Shown here in pieces: positions 18,474 to 28,452 of a stretch of 64,000 bases of DNA. The stretch spans positions 62,001 through 126,000 of the IMG/VR virus record IMGVR_UViG_3300020186_000013, one strand, 5' to 3'. A program made the position numbers and the translations under genes. Under the pieces are notes generated by a model. The model worked only from the letters and a program-made list of their open reading frames with translations. It did not search any database and was not told the origin of the DNA. The first letter of the stretch is position 1. Each line of letters opens with the position of its first letter.

Positions 18474-19445
18474 TCAGATGCTCTCAGACACCTGCGACAC
18501 TCCGTTGCACGATTGCAACCCCACCATGCTGACGTCAATCACCAGCGTGTTGTTGTCCGGATCGGGCTGAATCGACACCCCTTGTCCTGGGGTGATTGTG
18601 AAATTCGGCCCACCTTGCCCGTTGATCGACCGCAGCGTCTCGTTACATGTCGGCCCGCCCGCGTAGAGGCTACTGTCGTTCGGCGGCTGCTCCCCGGCGA
18701 ACACCGGGGTCTCGACACACGGCTGCCCATCTCCCGCACCGGGCACGGCCCGAAACACCAGGCCGTTGTTCGCGGCGTCCTGGTAAATCGAACAGTTGTA
18801 CCCCGGCTTAAAGAGGATGTCGCCCTGGATGCACCGTGCTCCAGGATAGATTACGCCTGTCGGGAACGGCCAGGTGACCGGCGGGCAGCCCTCGGGGGCC
18901 ACAACTCGGGTCCGGTCGCCGTTGGCCAGACTCACGCCGCGTACGTAAGTGTGAGCCAGGTTCTGGATCAACGCCGGCTCGACGGTGGCGTCATCGGCCT
19001 GCCGCTCCAGTGAGCCGTCGGTCGGAAGCAGTGCTACCAGATCGTCGATTCTCCCCGAAACCATGTACCCGGACCAGAGGGGTTCGTCGCACGGTCCGGC
19101 CGACTGGCTGGTCAGGTGCACCTCCCACTCGTCGACGTGCTCCGCTAGGTATCCGTTGTCGCCGAGGAAGCGGACAAACACGAGCTTGGTGCCGACCAGG
19201 TTGGCCGCGTCCGAGCCGAACTCGAAGCGGAACGCGGAGCCGGTCCGTCGGACGCGGGCCAGGTAAATCTTGTTGACGTCCGTGATGAACCCGGCATTGT
19301 TGCCGACAATGAACCCGGCGTCGACGACGACAGAGTTGGGCAGGTGCCGCAGCGTCGCCGGCCCGAGGACCTGCGAGTTGACGGTGCCGAGCAAGAACGG
19401 GAACGCACGGTTGCGGTTCTCGTTGTAGAAGCCGGGGCGGGCCAC
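18474..19445 (-). CDS. Putative tail fibre/baseplate protein, paralogous family member
   Basis: FYNENRNRAFPF N-terminal motif; LRSINGQGGPNFTI. Confidence 0.65.
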   Translation of the reverse strand: MARPGFYNENRNRAFPFLLGTVNSQVLGPATLRHLPNSVVVDAGFIVGNNAGFITDVNKIYLARVRRTGSAFRFEFGSDAANLVGTKLVFVRFLGDNGYLAEHVDEWEVHLTSQSAGPCDEPLWSGYMVSGRIDDLVALLPTDGSLERQADDATVEPALIQNLAHTYVRGVSLANGDRTRVVAPEGCPPVTWPFPTGVIYPGARCIQGDILFKPGYNCSIYQDAANNGLVFRAVPGAGDGQPCVETPVFAGEQPPNDSSLYAGGPTCNETLRSINGQGGPNFTITPGQGVSIQPDPDNNTLVIDVSMVGLQSCNGVSQVSESI

Positions 19446-19454
19446 GATGACTCC

Positions 19455-19470
19455 TAGAAACTGGCTTTTA
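19455..19470 (+). repeat. Dispersed 16-bp quasi-palindrome, copy 3 (TAGAAACTGGCTTTTA)
   Basis: Lies in the 22-bp gap between genes and overlaps the stop codon of 19468..20289. Confidence 0.85.
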
Positions 19471-20289
19471 GCCGGACGAGGGCGACCCGACAGCTTCGAT
19501 GATCATACCGCCATCGACCGCCCGCACGCGAAGGACAGTGTCCGGGGCCAGATCGTTAATGACCGTCATCTTTAGTTCGCCGTTGGCGTCCGGTCCGCAG
19601 ATGAACTGCGTATTCTTCGCCACCACCCGGACCTTCTGAATGAACCGTGGCGTCTTGAACAGTGAGTGCGGGTTGCACAGGCGGCGGCGAAACAGCGGGT
19701 CGCCAACGATGTCCACGCGGATGACCCGTGCCGACCCCGTGACGCCGCACACCGGAGGTAGGGCGACGGTCTCCTCGGTGAGCACCACACCGTCCTCGCC
19801 GACGATCCACACGTCCCCCGTCATGACTGTCCCGTCGGGGAGCTGAAACCCCCGGACACCGGTCTCGGGCGTCGGGAAGCAGACCGTGGCGGCGAACCCG
19901 GTCTCGGTCGCCAAGAACTCCTGCGTGCCGATCGACCACGATTGGAAAATGCCGAGGCGGGCGGTCTCGCTCACCAAGACGCCGGCCGGTCGACCGAACC
20001 CGTCCACCAGGCTCACCAGGTTTGGTGGGTTAATGAGAGGGAACGTCGCCGACGCGATGGCCGGGTTGTCCAGGTCGCCGATGATCACGGTCACGGACTG
20101 GTGGTCGACCGTGACGGACGAGATGTACAGGCCGACGCCGCCGCCAATCGGGTAGAGGGCGGCGTCCAGGAACGTGCCTTCGATGACCGCGAAGCCGGCA
20201 TCGTTGATGAGTGTGGAGTCGTCACCGAACGGGTACTTCGTCGTCTCGTTCTGCTTCCGCCACTGGGGGTAGAGGACACGTTCCGGCAT
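19468..20289 (-). CDS. Putative tail fibre/baseplate protein, paralogous family member
   Basis: WRKQNETTKYPF N-terminal motif; GVRGF...TGDVWIVGEDGV. Confidence 0.65.
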   Translation of the reverse strand: MPERVLYPQWRKQNETTKYPFGDDSTLINDAGFAVIEGTFLDAALYPIGGGVGLYISSVTVDHQSVTVIIGDLDNPAIASATFPLINPPNLVSLVDGFGRPAGVLVSETARLGIFQSWSIGTQEFLATETGFAATVCFPTPETGVRGFQLPDGTVMTGDVWIVGEDGVVLTEETVALPPVCGVTGSARVIRVDIVGDPLFRRRLCNPHSLFKTPRFIQKVRVVAKNTQFICGPDANGELKMTVINDLAPDTVLRVRAVDGGMIIEAVGSPSSG

Positions 20290-21935
20290 TACGGTGCGAC
20301 CTCCACGTGGAAGTAGGAAAAGCTGGTGATCGACCGGTTAGAGTGGAACCCGAACACTCCGTCCGACGTCCCGTAGCTGTTGGTGGTCACCGGCCCAAGG
20401 GTTGCGGCGACGACACCGCCGATCTCGGTAACCTGCGTTGTGATGCCGGCTTGCCCCGCGTAGAGGACAGGGGACACTTTCACGCTCACGCGATACCACT
20501 TCTCCCGAACCAGTCCGGGCAAATCGAGCGACGCAACGGGCAGGTACACGGACCCATTGAACCGTTCGAGCTTCAGCTGCTGGGTGTCGACGTCAAGGGA
20601 AGCAACAAAGTATTCAAACAACCCGGCAACAGTCGTATGCGGCCGGTAGTTGATAACGACACCGCCGTTAGACCGGGAGCCGCTCGGGCCGTCTTGCATC
20701 TTCAGTGTGGTGACCACGCGGCGACCGATCGTGGTCGTGTCGAACCCTCGCCACAGGGTGACGTTCTCCCGTGAGGCGTCCTGGGTCTGGTAGCTCGCGT
20801 GCGGGTAGACCAGGGAGTACGGGTTGTCCAGGTCCGCCGGGCAGTAGAGTAGCTCGTCCGGGGTATCCGTCGTCGAGAAGCCCCATGTCCCGGACAGCTC
20901 CTGGAAGTACAGGCCGAACTCCTCGTCGAAGCATTCGGTGTATGGCAAGGAGCCGATGATGACGACTGATTCGGCGGGCGGCGGCACCACCGGCACCACC
21001 GGCACGGGTGGCGGCACGGGCACGTTCGCCGGAGGCACCTCGAACGGAAGCAGGCCGTCCTCGTTCGGCAGGTACTTGGGCGGGCACGCGGCAGACAGGC
21101 CGAGGTTGCAGTCGATGGCGATGCCGCACGCTTCGGCGATTTGCGACAAGATCGAGCAGCCCCGGAAGTCCAGGGTGATCATTCCGGTGCAGTCGGGTCC
21201 CACGGTGTTGACGGACTGGATCGGCTGCGGGTCGCCGCAGGTAGCGGACTCCGGTCGCCCGCTGCACGGCCCGGCAAAGTCGGCAAACGTGCTGGTGTTC
21301 GATAGGGTGCCGGTTGTCGCGGTACTGGAGGACGCGGCCTGGTCGTTAGTCACCAGCCGGACGACGATCACGTCTCGGAGAACATTGTCGATCTCCCTGG
21401 CCTCTTTGACGATCTCTAGCGGCGAGTCGGCCGACAGTTGCACGATGTCCGTTAGGTCTGCGGCGAGGCCGAGCGTGCGGACGCCTGTAACGGGTAGCTT
21501 GGCGTATCCCCGGCAGGACCGGGGGGTCAGCAAAGATTGCTGGGGGGATGAGAACCGCCCACGGTAGCCGACCTGATCGAGTGCCCCCTGACCGAAGACG
21601 ATCCAGCCGCCGACGCCGTCGACCTGGGCCTGCACGGCGACGTGAGAGTGGATGGGAACAGGCTGAGGGACGGTCACCACACACAGAGGCGTGAACCGGG
21701 TGGGCATGACGGGGTTGTCGGCGACCTCGAAGACGAGTGTAACCAGGTTGGCGGTCACCGACACGGCCGCGAGGAACGGGTACGGACCCAGGTCGCGAGG
21801 GTAGCGAATGGAGAGGTCGGCGAGGATGTCGGACGGCAGATACTTGCCGGCGTCATCGACGTTGGACGCGGACTCGTCGACGGGGTACGGCGTGCCCTCG
21901 TTTCGCGTGTACCAGTTCTCGTTAATGACACCCAT
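20289..21935 (-). CDS. Putative tail fibre protein with a C-terminal beta-sandwich (lectin-like) domain
   Basis: WYTRNEGTPYP motif; IQSVNTVGPDCTGMITL; Pro-rich linker; beta-rich C-terminus. Confidence 0.6.
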   Translation of the reverse strand: MGVINENWYTRNEGTPYPVDESASNVDDAGKYLPSDILADLSIRYPRDLGPYPFLAAVSVTANLVTLVFEVADNPVMPTRFTPLCVVTVPQPVPIHSHVAVQAQVDGVGGWIVFGQGALDQVGYRGRFSSPQQSLLTPRSCRGYAKLPVTGVRTLGLAADLTDIVQLSADSPLEIVKEAREIDNVLRDVIVVRLVTNDQAASSSTATTGTLSNTSTFADFAGPCSGRPESATCGDPQPIQSVNTVGPDCTGMITLDFRGCSILSQIAEACGIAIDCNLGLSAACPPKYLPNEDGLLPFEVPPANVPVPPPVPVVPVVPPPAESVVIIGSLPYTECFDEEFGLYFQELSGTWGFSTTDTPDELLYCPADLDNPYSLVYPHASYQTQDASRENVTLWRGFDTTTIGRRVVTTLKMQDGPSGSRSNGGVVINYRPHTTVAGLFEYFVASLDVDTQQLKLERFNGSVYLPVASLDLPGLVREKWYRVSVKVSPVLYAGQAGITTQVTEIGGVVAATLGPVTTNSYGTSDGVFGFHSNRSITSFSYFHVEVAP

Positions 21936-24535
21936 CAGCAGTCACCGCACGGGTAAGTCCGTGCCACGGGGTTGAGGGGTATGGTTTTCTGGATGAACCC
22001 ACGGACCGGCGACGGCGAGTCGGTCCACAGGGCCGAAACGTCGGCCGGAACTGCGACGACCGGAACCGGGCACGACACGCCGGCGTCGTTGGGGAGCGGG
22101 TCGGGTGCGTGTGCCGTCATAGTCATCTTGAGGGACCAGTTCGGGTTGCACCCCTTCGTGCAAACACGGAACTGTACGGAGGCGTTCGATTGCGGGTCCA
22201 TCTGGGGGATCGTGGCCTTGTAGACCGGGAACTCCCCGCCCATCGCGTACGGCTCGCGACCGACCCACGGCGACCCGGTGACGAAGCTCTCACTGATGGT
22301 GGCCTGAATGGTGCCCGACGGGATCGGTGTGACTCCGTCAAACAGCTGGGCCGTGAACCGAAGCTCGGTCTCCTGGAGACAGCATACCGAGAAGTTGCAG
22401 TAGGTGCCCGCGAACTGTCCGTTGCACTGCTTCTCCGTGAAGCCGATGAGTTTAACGGGGTGTTCGAGCCGGCACTGGTACTGCTCCAACCACCGCACCT
22501 TGTCCTTCTCGTACAGGTCCCTGACCCGTTCTCCGTGCTGGGCGACATCGAGCCAAGTGAACCACACGTGCCGCAGACCCTTGTACACGCGGGCGTAGTC
22601 ATCGCACTCACAGCACGGCTTGCAATCGTTGTCGAGGCGGATGGCGGACGCGGCCTGCTCCGGTGTCAGCGTGTCGCTGAAGAACGAGGCCGTCCGGGGC
22701 GGGCCAGCGTTGATCTTCAAGGGCATCTGGATGCGGTAACAATCGGTCGCGTCGATCGTGAAGTTGCCGCTGTCTGTCGGCTTGATGGTGTTGATTCGCC
22801 GCAGGATCGGCTCGACGGACTCGCAGCCGGGCGAGCGGCCTTGCCCGCTGCCGGGCGTCGCGTCGATGGTGGCCCGTGTCACGAACCTGCCGCCGTCCAC
22901 CCTGGTCGTCGCGGCGTAGGTGAGGGTGACGTTGTACCCGTCAGTGAGTTGGACGTTGTGGTCGAACCGGTCGAGGCCCAATTGCAGGCTCCGCACCCGA
23001 GGCGGCAGCCGCTCATACGTCCGGCTATCCAGCTCGCTGTTGACGGGTTGGATGAACACGTCGTAGTCGCGGGTCGACGTTCCATCCGACGGCCACGCCG
23101 TGTGTTGCACAATCCGGCAGACGGTGTCGCCGTGGTGCCACTCGCAGATGAGCAGGCGATCACCCCACGGCCGTTCGACGTAGGACTCGGCCAGGGTGCT
23201 GTCGAACACGCGGTTACCGAGAGCGTCGACGACGATCAGATCCCGCCGATGGGTCGGCTCGGGGAAGCCGGGGATTTCGTCGTTGAGTCGGCAGCCGAAG
23301 CCGTACAGCCAGTCGAGGAAGAGTGGGTACGTGAACTGACAGCCCTGGTCTGGGTACGACAGGTAGAAGTCGCTGAACAGGAGCTGGATGTCGTCCGACG
23401 GGGCCACCAAAGGGTAGTCGTGGCCCATCCCCTGCGAGGCGTTGACCGTGGTCGGTTGGCGACCACGCAAGTCATAGTTCGTGACACAGATCGAGATCCG
23501 CCCGAATTTCTCAGCCGACGGGATGCCCGTCATCAAGATCCGCTGGTCGATCTGTCCGACGCCGAACGACTCGTCAGTGGGGATGCCGACAGGGCGAACG
23601 CCGGTGCCCAGTCGTGGCGTGCCGAGTGCCTCGGCCGACGTGATACCGGCCGGGTTGACAACACGGGCGATGTTCGGACGTCCGACCGCGTCTGAGCGGA
23701 ACCCGGTCGGGCGGATGAGGCGGGCAAGTGACGGGGTGCCGAACGCCTCCTCGGTTGGGATACCCGACGGCCGGATGCCGTCCGCGAGCTTCGGCGTCCC
23801 GAACACCTCCTCAGTGGGGATGCCGGTCGGGTAGATCGGTCGACCCAAGGACGGGACGCCGATGGCCCCGGCCGACGCGATGGCTGGCGGCTTGATGCCG
23901 AAGGCGACTGAGTGCGATCCGAATGCTTCGACCGACGCAATGCCGGTGGGCTGGAGGAAGCTGTTGGCGATCGAGATGATGCCGAACTGCTCGCGGCTGA
24001 CGATCGGCGACGGCTGGATCGTCCACAGCAGGCTGGGCGTGCCGAACACTGCTGCGGATGCGATCCCTTGTCCGGAGACGTCGATGACCGGGGCGTTGAT
24101 GTTCGGCGTGCCGAACGCTTCCTCGGACGGGATGTCGACCGGAATAATTCGCGGGCCGGTGAGCGTCGGCGACCCCACCGCCTCTGAGGACACGATGCCG
24201 GCCGGGTTGATGCCCTTGCCGACACTGGCATAGCCGATCGCTTCACCGGAGTCGATGCTGGTCGGGTGGATGTTGTCGGGGAGGGTCGGCGTCCCAAACG
24301 CCTCCTGCGACGGTATGCCGGTGATGAGCTGGATAACCGACGCGATCAGATGTGGGATGCCGAAAACGACGCCGCCGCCGATTTGGACCGGGACGATGAT
24401 GCGGTCCAACTCGTGGGAGCCGAACATCTCCCCGGAGGCAATGCCGGTCACCGTCAGCTTCAGCACGGCTCCCGGCGAACCGAGAGCCTCGCCGGAGCCA
24501 ATAGCTTCTCCGCTAAGGTCGATGAAGTCTGCCAC
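21935..24535 (-). CDS. Putative tail fibre protein: ~20-aa repeats fused to a paralogous-family domain
   Basis: N-terminal ~350 aa of I-x-P-x-G-I-x-S/T-x-E-A-F-G-T-P-x-L repeats; C-terminal half has LRRINTIKPTDSGNFTI and DCKPCCEC. Confidence 0.7.
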   Translation of the reverse strand: MADFIDLSGEAIGSGEALGSPGAVLKLTVTGIASGEMFGSHELDRIIVPVQIGGGVVFGIPHLIASVIQLITGIPSQEAFGTPTLPDNIHPTSIDSGEAIGYASVGKGINPAGIVSSEAVGSPTLTGPRIIPVDIPSEEAFGTPNINAPVIDVSGQGIASAAVFGTPSLLWTIQPSPIVSREQFGIISIANSFLQPTGIASVEAFGSHSVAFGIKPPAIASAGAIGVPSLGRPIYPTGIPTEEVFGTPKLADGIRPSGIPTEEAFGTPSLARLIRPTGFRSDAVGRPNIARVVNPAGITSAEALGTPRLGTGVRPVGIPTDESFGVGQIDQRILMTGIPSAEKFGRISICVTNYDLRGRQPTTVNASQGMGHDYPLVAPSDDIQLLFSDFYLSYPDQGCQFTYPLFLDWLYGFGCRLNDEIPGFPEPTHRRDLIVVDALGNRVFDSTLAESYVERPWGDRLLICEWHHGDTVCRIVQHTAWPSDGTSTRDYDVFIQPVNSELDSRTYERLPPRVRSLQLGLDRFDHNVQLTDGYNVTLTYAATTRVDGGRFVTRATIDATPGSGQGRSPGCESVEPILRRINTIKPTDSGNFTIDATDCYRIQMPLKINAGPPRTASFFSDTLTPEQAASAIRLDNDCKPCCECDDYARVYKGLRHVWFTWLDVAQHGERVRDLYEKDKVRWLEQYQCRLEHPVKLIGFTEKQCNGQFAGTYCNFSVCCLQETELRFTAQLFDGVTPIPSGTIQATISESFVTGSPWVGREPYAMGGEFPVYKATIPQMDPQSNASVQFRVCTKGCNPNWSLKMTMTAHAPDPLPNDAGVSCPVPVVAVPADVSALWTDSPSPVRGFIQKTIPLNPVARTYPCGDC

Positions 24536-24544
24536 GAGTGGGCC

Positions 24545-24946
24545 TTACAGCTTGAAGATGCGGTTCGCACCGTTATCCCATTGCACGATGATGTCACCGC
24601 CGCCCGGCGTCACGGGCAGGCCCAGGGCCGTGTCGATGTAGGCGATCAACGGACTCGTCGCGGCACTGCCGGTATCCTTGTAGATGATCACCTGCTGCGA
24701 CGCCGGACCCACGACGGCCGAGAACGTGACGTCCGCCGCGTCGGCCACACCGCCCGTGGAGGTCTTGGTGGCGAGATTCGGCGAGGTCGCTGTGATGTTG
24801 CCGCCGGGAACGTCGGACAGGAACTCATGCAACGACAGGTTCACGGTGTAACCGTTCACCAAGATGCACTTGATGTTATCGGTCAGCCACAGAATGCTCC
24901 CTTCGAGAAATTTCTGCCTGCCCTTTTCAAACAAAGCGTTGGCCAT
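24545..24946 (-). CDS. Conserved small virion structural (tail) protein
   Basis: MANALF..GRQKFL...GVADAADVTF...IYKDTG...SPLIAYID...PVTPGGGDIIVQW is a recognisable phage tail-associated family. Confidence 0.7.
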   Translation of the reverse strand: MANALFEKGRQKFLEGSILWLTDNIKCILVNGYTVNLSLHEFLSDVPGGNITATSPNLATKTSTGGVADAADVTFSAVVGPASQQVIIYKDTGSAATSPLIAYIDTALGLPVTPGGGDIIVQWDNGANRIFKL

Positions 24947-24956
24947 GGTCTTCTCC

Positions 24957-25913
24957 TCAACAGGTGATACAGGAACGGTCGCCCAGGCGACTGCCCAGGA
25001 CGATGGAATCGAACGTGCTGATTGCGGTGTCCAGGCGGTTCACGAATTCACCGACGCTCAGGGCCTCGGCCTGCAACCGTTCGAGGTCTCGGGTGATGGT
25101 CTCCAGCTCCGGGCATCCGCAGCACGGCTGGGAGCACGTGTCGACGAGCTGGATGCCGTTGGCGATCGGCCTCACTTCCAGGCAGCTGTTGCCGATGATC
25201 GTGAAGTCCCCGGCTGCCGTCGGACCGATGCCGTCGATCGACTTGATGGGCAGCGAGGTCTGATCTTCCCCGGTGCAGACGCACTCGTCAATGGTGCCCT
25301 CGCCGGAGATGGCGTTGATGCGGATCTTGGGGTCTTGGCCGGATACGAAGATGGGCACCAGTTGGATGTTCGTGCCCGCGACTAGCTCGATGTCGCCGTA
25401 TAGCGGGGGTGACAACTGGCCCCGGTTGCTAAGGACGATGGAGCTGACGCCGCGAATGATCGGGCGAATGGCATCAGGATCGAGACGACCTCCGTCCAGG
25501 TCGAACGTATGGAAGCCGGGGGGTTGGTCGTCGATGGCTTCGAGTCGGCCGATGACGATCTTGCCGACCGTGTCGTCGAATGGGGCGACGCCGCCAAGGG
25601 CGTAGACCTTGTTGCGGGTGTGAAGCGGACGGGCGATCAAAGCCGTTGCCACGGGGATCGGGGCCGACAAGTCGACTGGCTGGTAGCCGATCACGACCGA
25701 GTACCCGGTCGCATAGGCACCGATGTGGAGGACGAAGAACTGACCGGGGGCGACGTCAAGGCCGGCGTGGACAGCCAGATCCAGTTCGACGATGAAGTCG
25801 TCGGGAATAGCGAAGTCGCCGGTCGTGGAGACGCCGGTGGCGTCTTCCGCGATCGGGTAGTTTCTCTGGCTGTTGAGGTTCAGCCATTCCAGGTTCCACG
25901 CACCGAGTGGCAT
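24957..25913 (-). CDS. Putative tail fibre/baseplate protein, paralogous family member
   Basis: WLNLNSQRNYP motif; LYGDIELVAGTNI; IKSIDGIGP...GDFTI; DTCSQPCCGC followed by a coiled coil. Confidence 0.65.
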   Translation of the reverse strand: MPLGAWNLEWLNLNSQRNYPIAEDATGVSTTGDFAIPDDFIVELDLAVHAGLDVAPGQFFVLHIGAYATGYSVVIGYQPVDLSAPIPVATALIARPLHTRNKVYALGGVAPFDDTVGKIVIGRLEAIDDQPPGFHTFDLDGGRLDPDAIRPIIRGVSSIVLSNRGQLSPPLYGDIELVAGTNIQLVPIFVSGQDPKIRINAISGEGTIDECVCTGEDQTSLPIKSIDGIGPTAAGDFTIIGNSCLEVRPIANGIQLVDTCSQPCCGCPELETITRDLERLQAEALSVGEFVNRLDTAISTFDSIVLGSRLGDRSCITC

Positions 25914-25931
25914 CCGTGCCTCCTAGTCGAA

Positions 25932-27758
25932 TTACGCTCCGCTGACGGCACCAACCAGCTGCAACAACCCGATCTCACCGTTGTAGCCGTCGGGGGCGTT
26001 TCGGGTGATGCTGAAGAAGACGATGTCACCGGGGGCGATGGCAAACGGCAGTGACTCGGCCTCGTAGCACAGGTTGGCGGTGACCAAGGTCGTCTGGAAG
26101 TTGATCGTGATCGGGAACTCCGTGGCTAAGAGCGGCAAGGGCACCAAGGTAGCCAGAGGCGTCGAGGGTCGCGGCACGCGACGGGCCGTTACGGTCATCT
26201 GCGGTGTCGTGCCGATGTTACGACCGAGCACCCGGAACCGAAGGGACAGCATCGGGTTGGGGACGACCAGGTCGTAGGGCACGTGGATTTTGGCCCGGAG
26301 GCTGGTCTGCTCCGTGGCCCCGAACCCCAGGTACATGAGGTTCTGGTAATACTCCTCGGTCACACTGTCGAGCCTGACCAGCTGTGTATCCAGTTCCAGC
26401 GTGTTCTGGGGCGTCACTGCGACTGTGACGATGTCCTGATAGAGCGTCGCCGACAGGGGATTATTTGGGTCCACTGGTCGCGTAACCGGAGACGATAGCA
26501 CGACATTCGGAGAGCCTTTAAGCAGGCCCTCCACCACACGACCACGCCGGAACTGGTTTCCCGTTAGCTCCTTGAACGCCAGCGACCCGACGGCCGTATC
26601 GTTCTGAATGAGGAAGCTGAAGTCCAACATGAGTTCGAGGTCGCCGGCCGTGGCGGGCAACCCCGTCTGAAGACAGAGTACCTTGATGCGGGGGTCGATC
26701 GACCGCAGGCTGGTGACCGCCGTCGTGTCCGTGGCGAAGTTGATTCGGGTGAACCAAAGGTCCATCCGCATGTCCGGAGTGTACGGGCACTCGCCCAGGC
26801 TCTGCGACGACACGTTCGGGAAGGCCGTGTCGAGGGTCGCCGGCCACGGGCAATCGCCGTTGCAGTCCGTCAACCACCACAGGCCGTTGCGGTCAATGAT
26901 CGCCATGCCGCCGGCCCCGAGTGGTACGCCGCCGCCGAAGGGGAGGGGGGTGCCGCTCAAGATGACGTTGTCGCCCCGGTTCCATTCCAGGTAGGAGTTC
27001 TGAGCCGGCAGGGGAGGCCATGCGGCGTTGAGCTGTTGGTGAGCTTTGATGTTGTACCCGAACACGGCCCCTGGAGGGGCTAGTCCGTTGAAGACCGCGT
27101 GATTGGCGGGCAACCAGCCGACCAGATTCGGATCAGGGTTGGTGATGATGTGCCGCCCACCGGGGGCAGGTGGCATCGTATCGCCAGCCGGCTGGCAGTA
27201 CAGGCCGAAGTGGTAGTGGATGTGCCGGTCGAAGAAGTCGACCAGCGTCGGCGTTACGAACACCATGCCGTTGCCGTCGGACCGGAGTACCGGCACGGCG
27301 ACGGGCGGGCGGTTGACGTTCATCTTGCCCGGCGTGACGCCCGACAGGAAGTACACGCCCGCGACCACCGGGCCGTCGACGGCCAGGGTCAGGTCCAAGG
27401 GGGCGTAGCCGTAGAGCAGGAGGTCGGCGAGGGTGGTGTCGAACTTCTCGTAGATGACGCCCCACACGTTCGTGCTCGGGGACGTCCGGAGGACGCCGCT
27501 GGAGAGGTCCGTCTCCAGGGACGTGACCGCCCGCTCGAACCGCTGAGTCGCCGGGTTGTAGTAGACCGGCATGCCGGGGACGGCACCGGGCTCGACGGTG
27601 ACCTGGCGGGCGAAGATCGTCGACCCGATCGTGGCTGCTTTGATCAGGTCGTACAGGTAGCGTACGTTCTGGTTGAGCTGCACGAGCGGGTCATTAACAC
27701 TGCCCTCGATAACCGGGTCGCCCCGCTTGATGAGTTGCAGCTGGTCCTTGAAGGCCAT
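25932..27758 (-). CDS. Putative baseplate/tail fibre attachment protein
   Basis: Start re-called to MAFKDQL. Has VNDPLVQLNQNVRYLYD (typical fibre N-terminus) and GVYFLSGVTPG. Confidence 0.6.
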   Translation of the reverse strand: MAFKDQLQLIKRGDPVIEGSVNDPLVQLNQNVRYLYDLIKAATIGSTIFARQVTVEPGAVPGMPVYYNPATQRFERAVTSLETDLSSGVLRTSPSTNVWGVIYEKFDTTLADLLLYGYAPLDLTLAVDGPVVAGVYFLSGVTPGKMNVNRPPVAVPVLRSDGNGMVFVTPTLVDFFDRHIHYHFGLYCQPAGDTMPPAPGGRHIITNPDPNLVGWLPANHAVFNGLAPPGAVFGYNIKAHQQLNAAWPPLPAQNSYLEWNRGDNVILSGTPLPFGGGVPLGAGGMAIIDRNGLWWLTDCNGDCPWPATLDTAFPNVSSQSLGECPYTPDMRMDLWFTRINFATDTTAVTSLRSIDPRIKVLCLQTGLPATAGDLELMLDFSFLIQNDTAVGSLAFKELTGNQFRRGRVVEGLLKGSPNVVLSSPVTRPVDPNNPLSATLYQDIVTVAVTPQNTLELDTQLVRLDSVTEEYYQNLMYLGFGATEQTSLRAKIHVPYDLVVPNPMLSLRFRVLGRNIGTTPQMTVTARRVPRPSTPLATLVPLPLLATEFPITINFQTTLVTANLCYEAESLPFAIAPGDIVFFSITRNAPDGYNGEIGLLQLVGAVSGA

Positions 27759-27774
27759 CCTTGACCCCCCTCTT

Positions 27775-28440
27775 TCACTGGAGTGTGAGTTCCCATTCAA
27801 GGCCGATCTGCCCGGTCGGCAGTTTGGGCTTCTGCTCCGGTACGTCAAAGTAGAACCGGCTAAGGACCAGGTCCTCGGTCGCATCGTCCGGGTTCGGGGT
27901 CGCAACCAGGGCCGCACCGATGACCGTCGAGTTGTACACGTCGCCGAACGGCTTGCTGTGGACGCCGACGGTGCCTTGCGTCTGGGCAAAGAAGGTGACC
28001 AGGTTGCCCTTCGGGTACAACACCGGGTCGGACGTGTCGACCGGGGCCGCGATGATCGGCACCCGCAGGTAGTCGTTGGCGGGGTTGGTGATGAGGGCGT
28101 TGTAGTACGTCACGCCCGAGGCCGGGTTGCGGTCGAACGTCGGGATAGGGGCCGGGTCGCCAGGCAGAGCGACGTTGGCGTACTCGATGTACATGGTGCC
28201 GATGCGGTACTCGCGACGGCCGGATGCCAGCAGCTGAGCACCGATCGCTGCCCACTCCCGTAGAACCAAGTTCGATTTCCAGTCGGTGATCGGCTCCCAG
28301 TTCTTGCGGATAGCACCGACGAAGGTGGTGACCATGGAGGTGGTGCTCTTGCCGATGGCCCGGCCACAGGGGATCACCATCATGGCGGGGACGTGGTGGG
28401 CCTTCACCCGGCCACGAGGCAGCGGCAGTGTCTCGGTCAT
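27775..28440 (-). CDS. Putative baseplate wedge/collar protein
   Basis: 221 aa; SNLV...IGTMYIEY...LVLSRFYF...GLEWEL; position in the baseplate cluster. Confidence 0.55.
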   Translation of the reverse strand: MTETLPLPRGRVKAHHVPAMMVIPCGRAIGKSTTSMVTTFVGAIRKNWEPITDWKSNLVLREWAAIGAQLLASGRREYRIGTMYIEYANVALPGDPAPIPTFDRNPASGVTYYNALITNPANDYLRVPIIAAPVDTSDPVLYPKGNLVTFFAQTQGTVGVHSKPFGDVYNSTVIGAALVATPNPDDATEDLVLSRFYFDVPEQKPKLPTGQIGLEWELTLQ

Positions 28441-28452
28441 GGAATCCCTTCC

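Noticed and set aside
16173-24535. CRISPR array or diversity-generating retroelement behind the repeats
   Set aside because: The repeats are degenerate protein-coding units. No identical repeat-spacer array, reverse transcriptase or TR/VR pair was seen.
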